The position numbers and the translations under genes were made by a program. The notes under the pieces were generated by a model. It did not search any database. It was given only the letters and a program-made list of their open reading frames with translations, and was not told the DNA's origin. 53,299 nt of DNA. It comes from a bacterium (GTDB lineage: Bacteria > SAR324 > NAC60-12). Location of the stretch: positions 1 to 53,299 of the forward strand of contig CBDDTI010000013.1 of NCBI GenBank assembly GCA_965233585.1. Direction: 5' to 3'. Below are positions 36,185-50,825 of this stretch, piece after piece (position 1 is the first letter of the stretch; each line of letters opens with the position of its first letter).

Positions 36185-37662
36185 TAGACAAGAATGGATC
36201 ATTATATGATCCGGCAGGAACTGAATCCTGAAATATGCAGATTAGACAGGACCCGAATTAATATACGATATATATACACAGTGGACAATGACAGTATAAA
36301 ACAACAGCGAAAAATATATTATGTCCCCCCAGCTGCATCTTAAATGCGCCCAGGGCGGGACAGGCAGGTACGTTTACCTGATCTCCAGTGTGGAGCTTCG
36401 TTGGCAGAGGCCACAACTGGAGATCCCTCTGCCCCCTGCTATATGTAATATAATATAAGGACGAAGTTTTACGTCTATTCAGACGATACACACACACACC
36501 CTGCCTCCCGTGAGGATGAACGGGGGATGAAAATGAGAGGAGAGTGACAATGAGATGAACGTTACTTAACCAGGACGCGAAGAGGGGAACGCAAAAGAAG
36601 AGGGAAGGAGCAAACACACACCAACACACCTAGCCCGGAGCGGGCGAACCCTGAAAAGGCAAGGGAAAAGAAAAAAAGCGGAGGGTCGACGGACACGGAC
36701 CAAGACCAGCGGAGGGGGGGGAAGACGGAAGCGCCTGAACCAACCTGCCAAAGCACCTCAGCACGCGACGGAACCAACCTACCTGGGGAGGGAGGAGAGC
36801 ATGAGATAGGGAACCAATGGGGAACTAGTTAGTGAAAAACAAAAACAAAAACAGGATTCAGTCCCTAATTTCCTAAATGTCGTGCGATTATTCCCTGCAC
36901 CGGGACCGTGGTCAAGTCTTGCCCCAATTGGCATATAACAGCTTTCAAAGTCCAGCGAATTAGGTGCACAACATGTTTCACCTCACCAGACAACCATCAA
37001 AAGGAAAAAGACCAAACCTGAAAGACATGAGCCTGCCTGATCCAGTTTCATGTAGTGTTGCCAAATGTCGCTGTGAAATTGCTGCAAAATAAGAGGTTTC
37101 TGAATGTTCAGCACGGCTTCTCAGTCACAGAGTTGTATTCCACGAGGTTTCACAAGGGACCGCAGGATCAGCGGGACACTCAAAAAACGGTGTAAAACGG
37201 AAAGGCCAGTTGTTACACTTTACTTAGATAAATTACTGGATTAAAATGTGTAAATTCGGAAGTCAAATCAGTTAACATTGACCCCAACTGGGGTTGCCTC
37301 AAATGGCCCTATGGTACCATGTCGGAGTCACCATAGGAATCACACTAAACAAGAATGGATTATTATATGATCCGGCAGGAACTGAATCCTGAAACATGCA
37401 GATTAGACAGGAGCCGCATTAATATACGATATATATATATATATATAGATCACAGTGGACAATGACAGTATAAAACAACAGCGAAAAATATATTATGTCC
37501 CCCCAGTTGCGTCTTAAATGTGCCTAGGGCGGGACAGGCAGGTACGTTTACCTGATCTCCAGTGTAGAGCTTCGTTGGCAGAGGCCACAACTGGAGATCC
37601 CTCTGCCCCCTGCCATATGTAATATAATATAAGGACGAAATTTAACGTCTATTCAGACGATA
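36185..37662 (-). mobile_element. Two near-identical CA-flanked pseudoknot units (36185-36488, 37346-37662) flanking family-B copy 2 (36500-37341), giving an LTR-like arrangement
   Basis: A ~310-bp direct repeat; the motif is at 36364-36439 and 37538-37613. Confidence 0.75.
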
Positions 37663-38084
37663 CACACTCACACATCTCTCAGCCAGACGCCTTATCTCAC
37701 TCACTCAACTCAACTCAACTTAACCCAACTCAAAACTCAACTCATCTCAACCCAACTTAAAACTCACAACCTCTTTGACACACACCATCTTTCACATACC
37801 GTCACAGACCATCTTTTAGACACTATCTTTCACATGCCACTTTGTCATACACTTTTCTATTACGCACTATCTTTCACGTACAGCTTTATCACACACCATC
37901 TTTCACCACACCATTTTTATCACACACCATTTTTTACCACACTACCTTTCACACACACAATTTTGTTACGCACCATCTTTCCTCATTTCCTCCTTTGTCT
38001 TTCCTTCCTTCCCCGTCCCCACTACAACATTTCTTGCTAATTATTGGAAGAAATTGACTTGTGGGGTTATCCGGCCCTTTTCTT

Positions 38085-39600
38085 TTAATTAAAATAAAAT
38101 TTATAATAATTATTGTTTATTAATTTAGATATTAAAAATATAAATATTTATATTTATTTTAATTTGTTATATGGAAAAAACAAAAATTTGGAATTGGAAA
38201 TATATGTTTAATGAAGAAAAAAATTAGTTTTTTTGAGATATTAAAATATATTTATATATATATATTTAATATAATTTTATGTTTGGATAATTTTTGAATA
38301 ATATATTTATATTTTTTTGGAATATAATCCGAATAATAAAAATAATTAATTTTGGATATAAAATATATTTTAATTGAAAAAAAAAATATTATATGAAATT
38401 TTAATTGTACTTAATTTTTGGAAAAAAATATAAATTTAAATAATATTTATTGAATTTAATAATAATTATTTGTAGAATGACATATATATATTTTTTTCTA
38501 TTTAATAATATATTGATTTATTTTATCTTTAAAAAATAAAAATAGATAGGAATTATTTGATTATTTTTTTTTAAATATATTTTTGAAATTATATATATAT
38601 ATTTGTAAAATGTAATTATATTTGTTTAAATAATTAATTATAAACTTATAGAATATTTTAGAAAATATATATTTATTATTGCTTAAAATATATTTGAAAT
38701 GGGTTTTTATTATTTATTGTTTGAATATAATATATTGTTTATAAATATTAAAAATTTTGAGGCATTGAATATATATAATTTGAAATTGGCCGATTTATTT
38801 AAAAAAAAAATAATACTAAAATAATTTAATTTTGAATAATTTGGAGATATTGTTCTTTTATAAAATTTCTATACATTGGAATCTTCTTTCTGGATATCTG
38901 GACTATTGAGGGTAATTGATCCGCATAATATTATTTTAATTTTTGAAATAAATTCTACAAATTAAAAATATATAGAAATGCTTAGAAATAACAATGACTT
39001 ATTGATCCGGATCCGAATTTCCAAGGGACCTAGGATTTGGACAGAAAACATTTTATTTCTGTACATATATTTATAATTTATATATAATTATATAATAATG
39101 TTTTCTAAACCCAGGATTGCAATAATTAGATTTGAAAATTTGTTAATTACAATGGCTATTTTTCATTAGGCTTTAAGATTGGGATTGGAAGGTAAATCGC
39201 TCGGGATAAGTTTGTTGGATGGAGGGCCCGGGAGTAAGGGTATGTTGGATATGAATATGCGGAGATTTCCAAATATGGGAGGTTTTGATTATAGCAAGGG
39301 TTTCGCAAATTTCAATAAAAAATTGAAAATAATAAAATATATGAAAAGAAAATAATGTAAAATTTTATCAAATAAAAAAATAGAATAATTAAATAAATAA
39401 TAAGAAGCTTGAATATTGGCTTAAAATATCATTCAGATTTTTAAAAGTGAGTTATAAATATATAAAAATAGCAATGATATATTTCCTAAAAAACATTGGA
39501 AAATAAAGAAAATATAATATTTAACGGGTCTAGGACACCCACGACGACACCTATTATATAGCAGGGAATACCAAGGGGGACCCCATAATGGGGCAGTTTT
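38085..39600. other. Extremely AT-rich, homopolymer-rich degraded block (similar blocks at 40740-45950, 46700-47830 and 49010-49280)
   Basis: Visibly far lower GC than the flanks, with no credible ORFs. Confidence 0.8.
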
Positions 39601-39889
39601 GCATTGCCAGGGTTGTCATTTACAGAAAGTATTGCATTTTCTTAATGCTTTGATGAAACACATACGAAAGGAATGGTGATATGGAAATTCCTGGGGTCTC
39701 TGAAAACCAGGAATCGTCAAAAAATAAGGCAACAGGAATTTCTGCTTATTACAGGTTATTCTGAGGATACCCCAGAAAACTCTATGAATCGAAACGACCT
39801 TTTTGACCCCCAAAACTACTTTTTCAGGGGCGCAGTAAGCAGAACAATCCCTGCCTACCACCCGTCCCTGACGATATATAAATTTTGAG

Positions 39890-40720
39890 GCTTTAACTTA
39901 AGATTACCCAGGACCCTACCTTAAGCACAACCCGGCCCAACCAAATTTAAGTTTCAAGGCTTTAACTTAAGATCATCCAGGGCCCTGACTTGAGCACAGC
40001 CGTGACAAACTTAATTTCAGTCAGTCCCCAATTTAAGTTCCCAGCCCCTAGGCCCCAACTTAAGTTCACAGGCCCCAGGCCCCAACTTAAGTTCATAGGC
40101 CCCGGGCCCCAACGTGACTTCACAGGCCCCAGGCCCCAACTGAAGTTTACAGGCCCCAACTTAAGGATTAACAGGCCCAACTGAGTTTAGCCCCGGGCAC
40201 CCAACTAGTTTAGCGTTACAGGAGCTCAGGGTTAAAGGTGCTTTGGGTTAAAAGCTTTTAGGGCTGGATGTTGTCTAAGATTAAAAGGGGTTTAGGGTTG
40301 AAGGTTTGAGGGGCAAAGGATTTGAGGGTTAAAAGGATTTAGGGTGGGAAGATTTTAGGGTGGACAGATTTTAGGGTTAAAGGACGTAAGGGTTAAAGTA
40401 GTTAGGGTTGAAGGTTGTAGGGTTAAAGGGATAGAGGCTTAAAGAATTTTAGGCTTGAAAAGTTGGGGCCAAAAGGGCCGATGGCAATAGCACAATTGAA
40501 ATTGCAAGAAAAGCAATCTTATTGTTGCTAGCAACAGCGAAAACAACAACAACAACCGCAACAACAACAACAACATCGACATCAACATCGACCTCAACAT
40601 CGATATCAATACCGGCATCGACCTTAACATCGACAATATATTAGTGAGAAAGGGATGCAGCCACTTCGCGTCGCCGAAGTGCCGCAAAGCTCCTAAAATT
40701 TAAGGTTTAAGGCTTAAGGT
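39890..40720 (+). repeat. Internal copy of subtelomeric-element sequence (aacttaag repeats, degenerate TTTAGGG 16-mers, end gtgccgcaaagctcctaaaa|tt)
   Basis: Same modules, in the same order, as 50840-52280. Confidence 0.7.
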
Positions 40721-43700
40721 TTATAGAATTGGTTGTTCAATAAAACCCTGGGTTATAGTATTTTTAGTGGTATTTTTTTTTATTGTTTGAATTTAAATTA
40801 TTTTTTCGATTTGGTACAATATTTGTTTAGCATTTATTCGCCAAAAAAATGATAAATATTATATGATATTGGATTTTTTGAATCGAAATAATTAGTATAA
40901 TCTCAAAAAATCAAAATATTTCTCAATTTGTATTTTCATAAACATCATTTGATTGTTTGGTTTGAAATTTCGAATACGAAAATAATATTGAAAAAAATGA
41001 TTTTTAAAAAATATCTGAAAATAAATATTTTAAAGCAATTTTAATAAATTAAATAAAATTTGTTGAAAGTGCATGTTTAAAATGCATTAAGTTGATATTT
41101 ATATGTTTCAAATTCGAAAAGAATTAATCCGAATTCGATTTTATACATAGCCGGATATTTCTTTTTCAAAATATTGAATATAAATATGTTTTTGATATAA
41201 TGTTGTGAAAAAATGAAAAATGAAGAAATGTAATTGAAATAAAAGATGTTGCATATTATTAATGTTTATTGATTTAGGGTTCAAAAATTAAATAGATATA
41301 TATATATATATACGAATTTCAATATTCAAAATGGAAAATAAAATATCTGGAAGTAGAAATCAATATGAAATAAAGGAAAGGTTCAATTATTTCTTTTTGA
41401 AATATTGAAAAATGCATTCCATTCAATTATATGTTTCGAAAATATATGTTCAATTTTTTTTCAGGAACTTATTCTGAATAAAAAATGATTAATTTGAATA
41501 TTGATTTTTTTTAGAATTTTTGAGAGAAAGTCGATGTTTTTGTTGGGTTTTTCTTCAAGATTTTGATAATATTATGAATATTTTTTTCGAATGAAATATA
41601 TATATATACCTATCGATCGATCTATCTATCTATTTGTTTGTTTTTTGATTCTATCAATTTTTGCCGGCGGAAAATAATGATTCTTTTTAATTAGAAAGAA
41701 TGTCGGGAATAATGGGTATTTTTGGATAGAGGAAAAACGAACAATATATATCATTATATATATAATTAATGAATTTAAAAAAAAATATATATGTATATGA
41801 AAAAATATGTCAATCAAGAAAATTAAAATTAATAATTTATAATATGTTTTTCAATATTTTTAATATATTTATCTCTAATAATCAAAAAATAAAAAATAAA
41901 TCTTGGATATGTTAAAATTTTCAAATTTATATAGAAGGAACAAAAAAATATTAATAAGGAAAAAATATTGATAATAAAAATCGAAAAAAATGATGAATTT
42001 GTGAGATGTTTTTCAACAATAAATCGATTTTTTTAAAATAATAAATTATAAATATATATATATATGTATATATTTATTATTTTCGAAAAAAAATATCTAT
42101 ATATATATATATTTCTGGTTTATTGAAAAAATATAATGAAATTAAATCTAAATGATATTTTTTTATCTATGGCATATAAAGATAGATTTTTTATTCACGA
42201 ATATATTACTTCCAATGTATAATTTTAAAATTGAAAATTTCAAACACTAAAAAATGGAATTCGATATTTTCCAGGAAAAGAAATATAAAAATCTGAAATT
42301 TCAAACCTATATATATATATGAATTAGGTTTTTCAAAATTCTTTCAGGAATAGAAATTTATCAAAAAAGAAATGAATAATAGGAGATATCAAATTAGTAA
42401 TATTTGCAGGTAAAATCTTGAAATATTCAAAATTTATATTCGTAGAAATAATAGAATAGGTTCGATAATGAGAAGGAAATATCTAAATTATACATGTTCT
42501 CCAAATTAGACAGATTTGGGTGTTTTATTTAAAAATATTTTTTATCAGGAATCTAATGGAGAAATTTAAATATATTGAAATTCTGAGAAATACCATATAT
42601 TTTTCGGGTGCTCTTTGAGATTTGAAAAAGATTTCATTTTTTTGCTGATTGGTTGTTTTAATTACTATTTTGTAGTTGGATTTTCTTTTCCCGGCTTATT
42701 TTTTTTGATTGGATTCTTTTCAATAAATTTGAAAATCACTGTTTTTTTTTGCGGGGGATGAAGCTGGGAATTCAAGTATTGTATTTAATTAGGGTACGGC
42801 TTTTTGTTCACGAAAAAGGTAAGGTTACAATTTTCTGTCCCCCCTGGTCTAAGCTCACAAATTCCCCTATATGGATTTCCAAAGGGTTTCCGTAGCGATG
42901 CTACGGAGTTGCAATGTAGTGCTCTTGTATAAAATTCTTGTGGAGGTCGACGTCCCGGTGGATTTCCCATGGGCTCGGGCGAGGTTGCCGCGATATCCCC
43001 GTAGATTTCGTGTTAAATTTCTGTTGAGCTTCTCGTAGGGTCCCGGAGAATGTAAACATTTTCGTGGAGTTGTTATCGGAGGGAAATATGTAAAAAAAAG
43101 AATCGTCGTAAAATTTTTAACGGGCGGTACATAAAATTTCGAGATAGAAAACCCGTAAAGGATCCTTCGAATTTACATGGAATTGATCGGCGGGTTTTCA
43201 TTGAATTCCCTAAAAAGATTTCGTGACGGATATTCCCCCCATTTTTTAATGAAGATAAATTCATATATCTCTTTTTTACAAAAATATAAGAAATAAAATG
43301 AATTATTGTTGGGAAAAAGGTTTTTATTAAATTATTGTATTGAAAATATACATATTAAAAATTATATATATATATATTTAAAATGTTTATTAATTCAAAA
43401 GAATTTCAATTTTATTTGAAAATATTTATATGACAAGATTTATTTAAATTAAAATTAAAATGTGACGATTATATTTTTTGAAAAATTAATATGTATCTAT
43501 ATATATATAATGATATTTTTAAGAAAAAATATTTTTAATATTAATATTTAATGACCATGATTTTGAAAAATATTCAATATTCAAAAAATATATGTTTTTT
43601 TAAAATATGTATTTCAAAAAATATATTTAGACTAATTCTTTGTTAATTCAAATTTTATTGCATGTATTTTGAATTTAATTTGAAAAAAAAATATATATAT

Positions 43701-43899
43701 ATAATTTTTTTAAAATGGATATGAGGTCGTGGAATCTCAGCATTGATAATTTTTCTTCATATTTCTATATTATTTGTATTGTTTTGTATTTTCTTTTCAT
43801 TTTTAAGCATATAAATTTAGTATTTTATTTCCCCCAATAATAAAATACACCACTAAAGATATATTTATGAGAAATTTATATGTATAACTAAATAAATAA

Positions 43900-44180
43900 T
43901 ACCCTAAATCCTAACATATCCAATTCCTAAGCCCTATGATATGCAATCCCTCAATCCTAATATTCCTAAATCCTAAACCCTAATATGCCCAACCCCGAAA
44001 CCCTATTATACCCAAGCCTAATATCCCCAACCTCTAGGTCTTAACATGCCCAAACCCTGGACCCTATTCTGCCCAAGCCCCTAAACCCTAATATTCCCAA
44101 CCCCTAAACCCTATCATACCCAACCCCTAAACCCTAATATGCCCAACCCCTAAAACCTAACATATCTAACCCCCCAAGCC
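43900..44180 (-). repeat. Degenerate telomere-like (CCCTAA-containing) repeats
   Basis: Repeated aaaccctaatatgcccaacccc units. Confidence 0.75.
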
Positions 44181-45959
44181 TTATTATATATGCCCATGAT
44201 CAGAATAATATCATTTTTTTCATAAAATGAATCGTATATGGATTTTTAAAAATCATATATATATATTTTAATATAATAATTCATGTAAAAACCATTATAT
44301 TTTTTATTTATTCCTCAAATTTAAATTTAATATGTGAAAGAATAATATTATTTTATATTTTTCTTAAAATCTGAAAAATAAAATAATCGAAAATAATTTA
44401 ATCCTAGCAAAGAATATTTATAATGAATAATTAGAAATAATTTATTATTTGAAATTTTAATTTTAAAAAAAATCAATACTAGATAAACAATTATAAATTG
44501 AATTATTCTGAAAATTATAATTTATTTGATATTTAAAATATATTTCCAATATTTCGTCAAATGATTTTGAATTTGAAAAAAATTCAAATAATAAATTTTA
44601 TAAATTATTTATATTTCCAATTATATATATATATATATATAAAATTGATATTAAATAAATATATTTTAAAAAAATAAATCAAAAAATAAATCAAAAAATC
44701 TATCAAATGGATTTTTCCTTTTTATTTTTGAAACCTTTACCAGGAATAAACGCATTAACATTAAAAAATCTTTTGTCAAAAATAATGTAATATATGTATA
44801 TAATTTGGAAATTCTTAAATTAAAATTAGATTTTTTGTATTGGAATAATTCAAAAAAAATAGAATTATCTCGACATATTTACACAAATATATAAAACCCC
44901 GACGAAACTATCTAAAATTTCCGGACCCCAGATTTATTCATATATTTTTTATTCATAAAGAAATGGAACAATTTGGAACAATTTTTCCGAGAAATTCAGT
45001 TTTAATTTCGCGCCCAATAAATATATATATATATTCATTCGGGTCACACCGGAAGATACCTCTATCCTTTTCCAGAAAAGATGAAAAATTTCCCAAAAAA
45101 TATTCTAGCAAAAAAATACGAAAAGATATTTTTATTTTCAATTTTAATCGGGCTCCTTCATAGATAAAAAAATTTACGATTTTATACATAATAAGAAAAT
45201 TGAACGGTTAAATATATATATAGCTTAAATTTGAAAAAAACGAAATATCAAAAATATATATTTAAAAAATATTAATTATGAAATATTCTTGCAAATATTT
45301 ATATATACCTAAAAATCCAATATATAGATATTTTTTTAATATCAATAAATTTCGTGGATTTGCTTAAAAGTGAAATATATGATAGTATGATAATTATATA
45401 TTAATATATTTACATTTCCAATAAAAATAAATATTTATTTTCGAATTTCAAAATAAAATCGATATATAAATATAGTTTTTCATTCAAAATATTATTATAT
45501 TGTTGATTAAATATAGTAATAGCGCCAAAAAGAATCAATCTATATATATTATGTAATTGTTAAGCGTAACCCAAATTATTTTTTATTCTCAAAAAATCAA
45601 AATTAAATATTAAAAATTAATTTTAAGAGATTAATTTGTAATTCCAAATCAAAATAAGGTTATGAAGATTGATTTTTTTTAATTTTTGTTATAAATAAAA
45701 GATATTCCGAATTAAATTCTAAAATAAAGGACGGAAATATATATCAAATAATAATATTTAAATTTCAAATTATTGAAATATAAAAATCTATGTGTGGAAT
45801 CAATTGCAGAGAATTTAGTAATTATATAGAAAGCTAAATTTAAAAAATGAAAAATATAAATTTATATATGCAAAATTCAAATCCTCATGCTAACTGCATC
45901 ACATTTCTTACCTTATTTCCACATTTATATTATAAGATATCTTTTTTGTCATACTTTAC

Positions 45960-46590
45960 AAAACAAATGCAACAATAAAGATAACAACATCATCAATAGC
46001 AATACAACCAATCACAACAACCGCAACAAACCCTCCCACCCCAACAATCCTAACAGCCACAACCGCCGCAACCGCCACAATAATTACAGCAACCGTAACA
46101 GCCATGACAACCACAAAAACGCCCACCGCAACAACCACCACCGCAAACAACACCACCGCAAAAAACAGCGCCGCACAAAACACCAAAGCAAAAATCGCCG
46201 ACAATAAGAGACACCACTACAAAAACAACCACGGCAAAAACCACCACCACAAAAACCACAACCCAAAAAACACCGCCGCAAAAACCACCACCGCAAAAAA
46301 CGCAAAAGCCACCATTGCAAAAACCGCCGCCGCAAAAGCCATCACCGCAAAAACCAGCCCAAAAACACCGCCATAAAACCACCAACGCAAAAACAACCAC
46401 CAAAACAGAAACCGCCGCCGCAAAAAAACAACACCGCACAAACCGCCGCGGCAAAAACCACCATCGCAAATCCACCACTACAAAAATGCACATCGCAAAA
46501 ACCACCACCGCAGAAGCCAGCAAAAACCAGCGCCCTCGCAAAAACCACCGCCGCAGCCACATCAACAACAACACGGAAAAATAACAACAG
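45960..46590. repeat. Degenerate (ACC/AAC/CCGCAAAAA)n low-complexity tract
   Basis: Direct reading of the sequence. Confidence 0.85.
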
Positions 46591-48299
46591 ATATGAGATC
46601 AGGTATCCAGAGAAAGGCCGATTCCAAAGAATGGAAAAATAACATCATATCAGCAAAAAGATAAACAAAGAAACAACAACAATCAAGAAAGGCATGCCCA
46701 AAAAAACAACAAATCAAAGAAAAGGTATATTTGCCTGCAAATTCAGATTTTGAAGCTTAAATGTAGGCAATCTGCTGGTCATTGGAAATTTAGATTGAAT
46801 TTTATACTTGAATTCGGGGCCGAATCTTCTCTTGAATATTTGATTCCGCGTATGTTTTTCATGTGTGTGTTTAGTGATTGTTTTTGTGTTTTTTGTTGAA
46901 TACCCATTTGTTTTTTCTATCTTGGTTTTTAGTCTTTTAGTTTATTACCCCTTGATTTCGGATATCTGAAAGCTTCATTTTTTCAAAATTTACTTGGGAA
47001 ATTAAAAACGATTTTTTTTGCCCAGGGTGTTTATTATTATTGGCAAATAATATCAAGAAAGACCGTCAAAAATCATACCGAACAAGCGAATTCATTTAGT
47101 GATTTTAAAAAAAATGCATATTATCATGAAATTAAAGCCCGCGAAAAAAATAGCACAATTATACATCTATGTTTTTTGATAATATTGATTTTTCCAAAAA
47201 AAAAGGATTGATATCTGGTATTTTGTTGCGAAAGTAAAGGAAAAATAAGATCGAAAAGAATATTTTTTTTGAAAATTGATATAATCTATTTTTTCGATAT
47301 ATGTATTTTTCGATTGTAAATTAAAAAATATGTACATGTATTTTTTCAGGCATAATCAGAAATAATCTTGATTAATTATCAAGATGATGCAAGGAAATCT
47401 TGAAAAATGAAAACATAATATTTAATAAGAAGGACATGGGGATACCTAATTAAATAAATATAAATCATCATATGCAATATATTATGTTATATTTTTCGCG
47501 CAATATGAAGGAAATATTGAACGGGAAGAAAATATTGGAATGAAAAAGATTCTTAATATTTTGCAAGAAAAATCAAAATAGATATTTTTTTGAAAATGAT
47601 ACCTTTGATATTGAAGACAGCAATGTATTTCATTTTCCATTTTTAGCGATTTGGATTCATTAAGTTTTTGAGGGGTCAAGTTCATTTAGTTGTGTAGTTA
47701 GTTTGTGAAAAATATTGTTTATTTGTTTTGATTTGGACGTTTAGGTTCTGAATATTGAAATATAATTCAAATTTTCATATGATTCTTTTTATTAAAAAAT
47801 GAAGAAATGAATTCAAACATTAAATTTAGTTTGGTCGCAATCGTCTTGTCCCTTGTCTTCTTGCTGCTTCTGCTTGCGAATGCACGGATGAGAATATGCC
47901 AAAGGTTGCAAGTGGGCGGCTGGCTATCTTGCATTTACTTTTGGTCCTGCTAGAGTCCCAGCAACAAAGGCATTGGAAGCCCTGTGAGCCTCGCGCGCAC
48001 TGGGACTCAGGCGGGACCAATCGAGATGGAACTCGCAGTTGGTCGCTGGGTAAGAAGCCGTATGATCCCTGGAGACTTGTACAGACCTCTTCCCCACAGC
48101 GCCTTCGTAGAAGTTACTCTCACGCCTTTGCGCCTTTGGGAGGGTAACTTCGCGGCCTGGGGTCGAGAGCGCCCTTCGTGGCCGTCTGTGCTCGTTGAAG
48201 GGGGGAAGGTGCATAAGTCCCAGGTCGAGTGGGCTTGTTCCGTCTTTGCAGATAGTCCGCCACCACTCTCTGCAACCTGGCTTCTATATTCTCATCCCT

Positions 48300-49000
48300 G
48301 CTTGTTGTTTGTTCGTTTCTTGCCTGCTTGTTGTTTGTTTGTCTGTTTGTCTGTCTTTCTGTATGTTGTTGATTGTTCTTTTTCTTGCGTTGCTGTTGTT
48401 GTTGTTGTCGTTGTTGTTGTTGTCGTTGTAGTTGTTGTCGTTGTTTGGTTGGTTGGCTGGCTGGGTGGTTGGTTGGCTGGCTAGGTGGTTGGTTGGTTGG
48501 CTGGTTAGTTGGTTGGTTGTCGTCGTCATTGTTGGTTGGTGGGTGTTGGTGTTGTTGTTGTTCTTGTTCTTGTTCTTGTTCTTGTTGTTGTTGTTGGTGG
48601 TGGGGGTTGGTGTTGTGGTTGTGGTTGTGGTTGGGGTTGGGGTTGTGGTTGTGGTCGGGGTTGTGGTTGTGGTTGTTGTTGTTGTTATGATTGTGGTTGT
48701 GCTTGCTGTCGTCGTGTTGTTGTTGTTGTTGTTGATCTTGCTTGATCTTCTTCTTGTTCTTGTTGTTGTTGTTATTGTGATTATTGTTGATTTTGATCTT
48801 GTTTTTGTTCTTGTTCTTGTTGTTCGTGTTGTTGTTATATTGTTATTATTGTTGTTGTTCTTGTGGTTGTTGTTTTTGTTATTTGTTTGTTGTTTGTTTT
48901 CGTCGATTATTTGTATTTTTGTGTTGGTGGTTGTTGTTGGTTATTTTATTTTTTCGTTTGTTGTTTTGTTGATATTATTTGTAGTTTTTGTGGTTGTGAT
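48300..49000. repeat. (GTT)n / (GGTT)n low-complexity tract
   Basis: Direct reading of the sequence. Confidence 0.9.
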
Positions 49001-49399
49001 TGAGCATTGAATATTATTGATTGATTGCGGGTATTGGTAATGGGGTGGCTTATGGCGATAATATTAATGATATATTTTTGATACAATATTACATATTTTT
49101 TTAATTGTAAAATGCAATAATATTCATTTTTAATTCATTAATGGCGGCAAGATATTGCTATTCAAATTATTTCGCTATATTTTAATTTTTTCGGTATCGA
49201 AATTCGAATTTTTCGATTTATATTCTTAATATAATCTGTGGTTAAATATTTACACGCATTATGAATGCCAGAATTGCTTTAAGTTTAGGGTTTAGGGTTC
49301 GACAACAGTTGGCGCCCAGGTCAAACCGCGAGCTTCAAGTTCCACAGAAAACTAATCACAACGCATCACAATCTTTTATAGTCTCTTAGGGGGTGCGCG

Positions 49400-50825
49400 C
49401 CCTACGCTCCAAAACCACCAGGGGCCCTTTTTGACCAGGGGCCTCTTGGAGGACCCGGCGCCCTACGCTCCAAAACCACCAGGGGCCCTTTTTGACCAGG
49501 GGCCTCTTGGAGGACCCCGCACCCTACGCTCCAAAACCACCAGGGGCCTTTTTTGACCAGGGGCCTCTTGGAGGACCCCGCGCCCTACGCTCCAAAACCA
49601 CCAGGGGCCCTTTTTGACCAGGGGCCTCTTGGAGGACCCCGCACCCTACGCTCCAAAACCACCAGGGGCCCTTTTTGACCAGGGGCCTCTTGGAGGACCC
49701 CGCGCCCTACGCTCCAAAACCATCAGGGGCCCTTTTTGACCAGGGGCCTCTTGGAGGACCCCGCACCCTACGCTCCAAAACCACCAGGGGCCCTTTTTGA
49801 CCAGGGGCCCTTTTTGACCAGGGGCCTCTTGGAGGACCCCGCCCCAAACTCCAAAACCACCAGGGGCCCTTTTTGACCAGGGGCCTCTTGGAGGACCCCG
49901 CCCCAAACCCCAAAACCACCAGGTGCCCTTTTTGACCAGAGGCTCCCCGCCCCAAACCCCAAAGCCACCAGGGGCCCTTTTTGATCTTAGGGGGAACGCG
50001 CCCTAGTCCCCACTCTTTTGGGGGGAACGCGCCCTAGTCCCCAATCTTTTGGGGGAAACGCGCCCTAGTCCCCAAAACCACCAGGGGCCCTTTTTGACCA
50101 GGGGCTCCTTGGAGGACACCGCCCCAAACCCCAAAACCACCAGGGGCCCTTTTTGACCAGGGACCTCTTGGAGGACCCCGCCCCAAACCCCAAAACCACC
50201 AGGGGCCCTTTTTGACCAGGGGCCTCTTGGGAACCCCGCCCCAAACCCCAAAACCACCAGGGGCCCTTTTTGACCAGGCGGCGCGCCCTAGCCTCCAAAA
50301 CCATCAGGGGCCCTTTTGACCAGGGGCCTCTTGGAGGGCCCCGCCCCAAATTTGACCAGGGGCCTCTTGCCGCCCCAAACCCCAAAACCACCAGGTGCCC
50401 TTTTTGACCAGGGGCGCGCCCCGGCTTCCAAAACCATCAGGGGCCCTTTTGACCAGGGGCCTCTTGGAGGACCGCCCCCTTTTTGACCAGGGGCCCCCCC
50501 AAACCCCAAAACCACCACAGGCCATTTTTGACCAGGGGGCGCGCCCTAGCCTCCAAAACCATCAGGGGCCCTTTTGACCAGGGGCTTTTTGGAGGACCCC
50601 GCCAAATTTGACCAAGGGCCTCTTGGAGGACCCCGCCCCGAACCCCAAAACCACCAGGGGCCCTTTTTGACCAGGGGGCGCGCCCTGGCCTCCAAAGCCA
50701 CCAGGGGCCCTTTTTGACCAGGGGCCTCTTGTAGGACCGCCCCCCAAACCCCAAAACCACCAGGGGCCCTTTTTGACCAGGGGCCTCCCCAAACCCCAAA
50801 GCCACCAGGTGCCTTTTTTGACTAG
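49400..50825 (+). repeat. 61-bp subtelomeric satellite
   Basis: ccctacgctccaaaaccaccaggggccctttttgaccaggggcctcttggaggaccccgcg, period 61 (49400, 49461); it becomes more degenerate towards the right. Confidence 0.95.
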
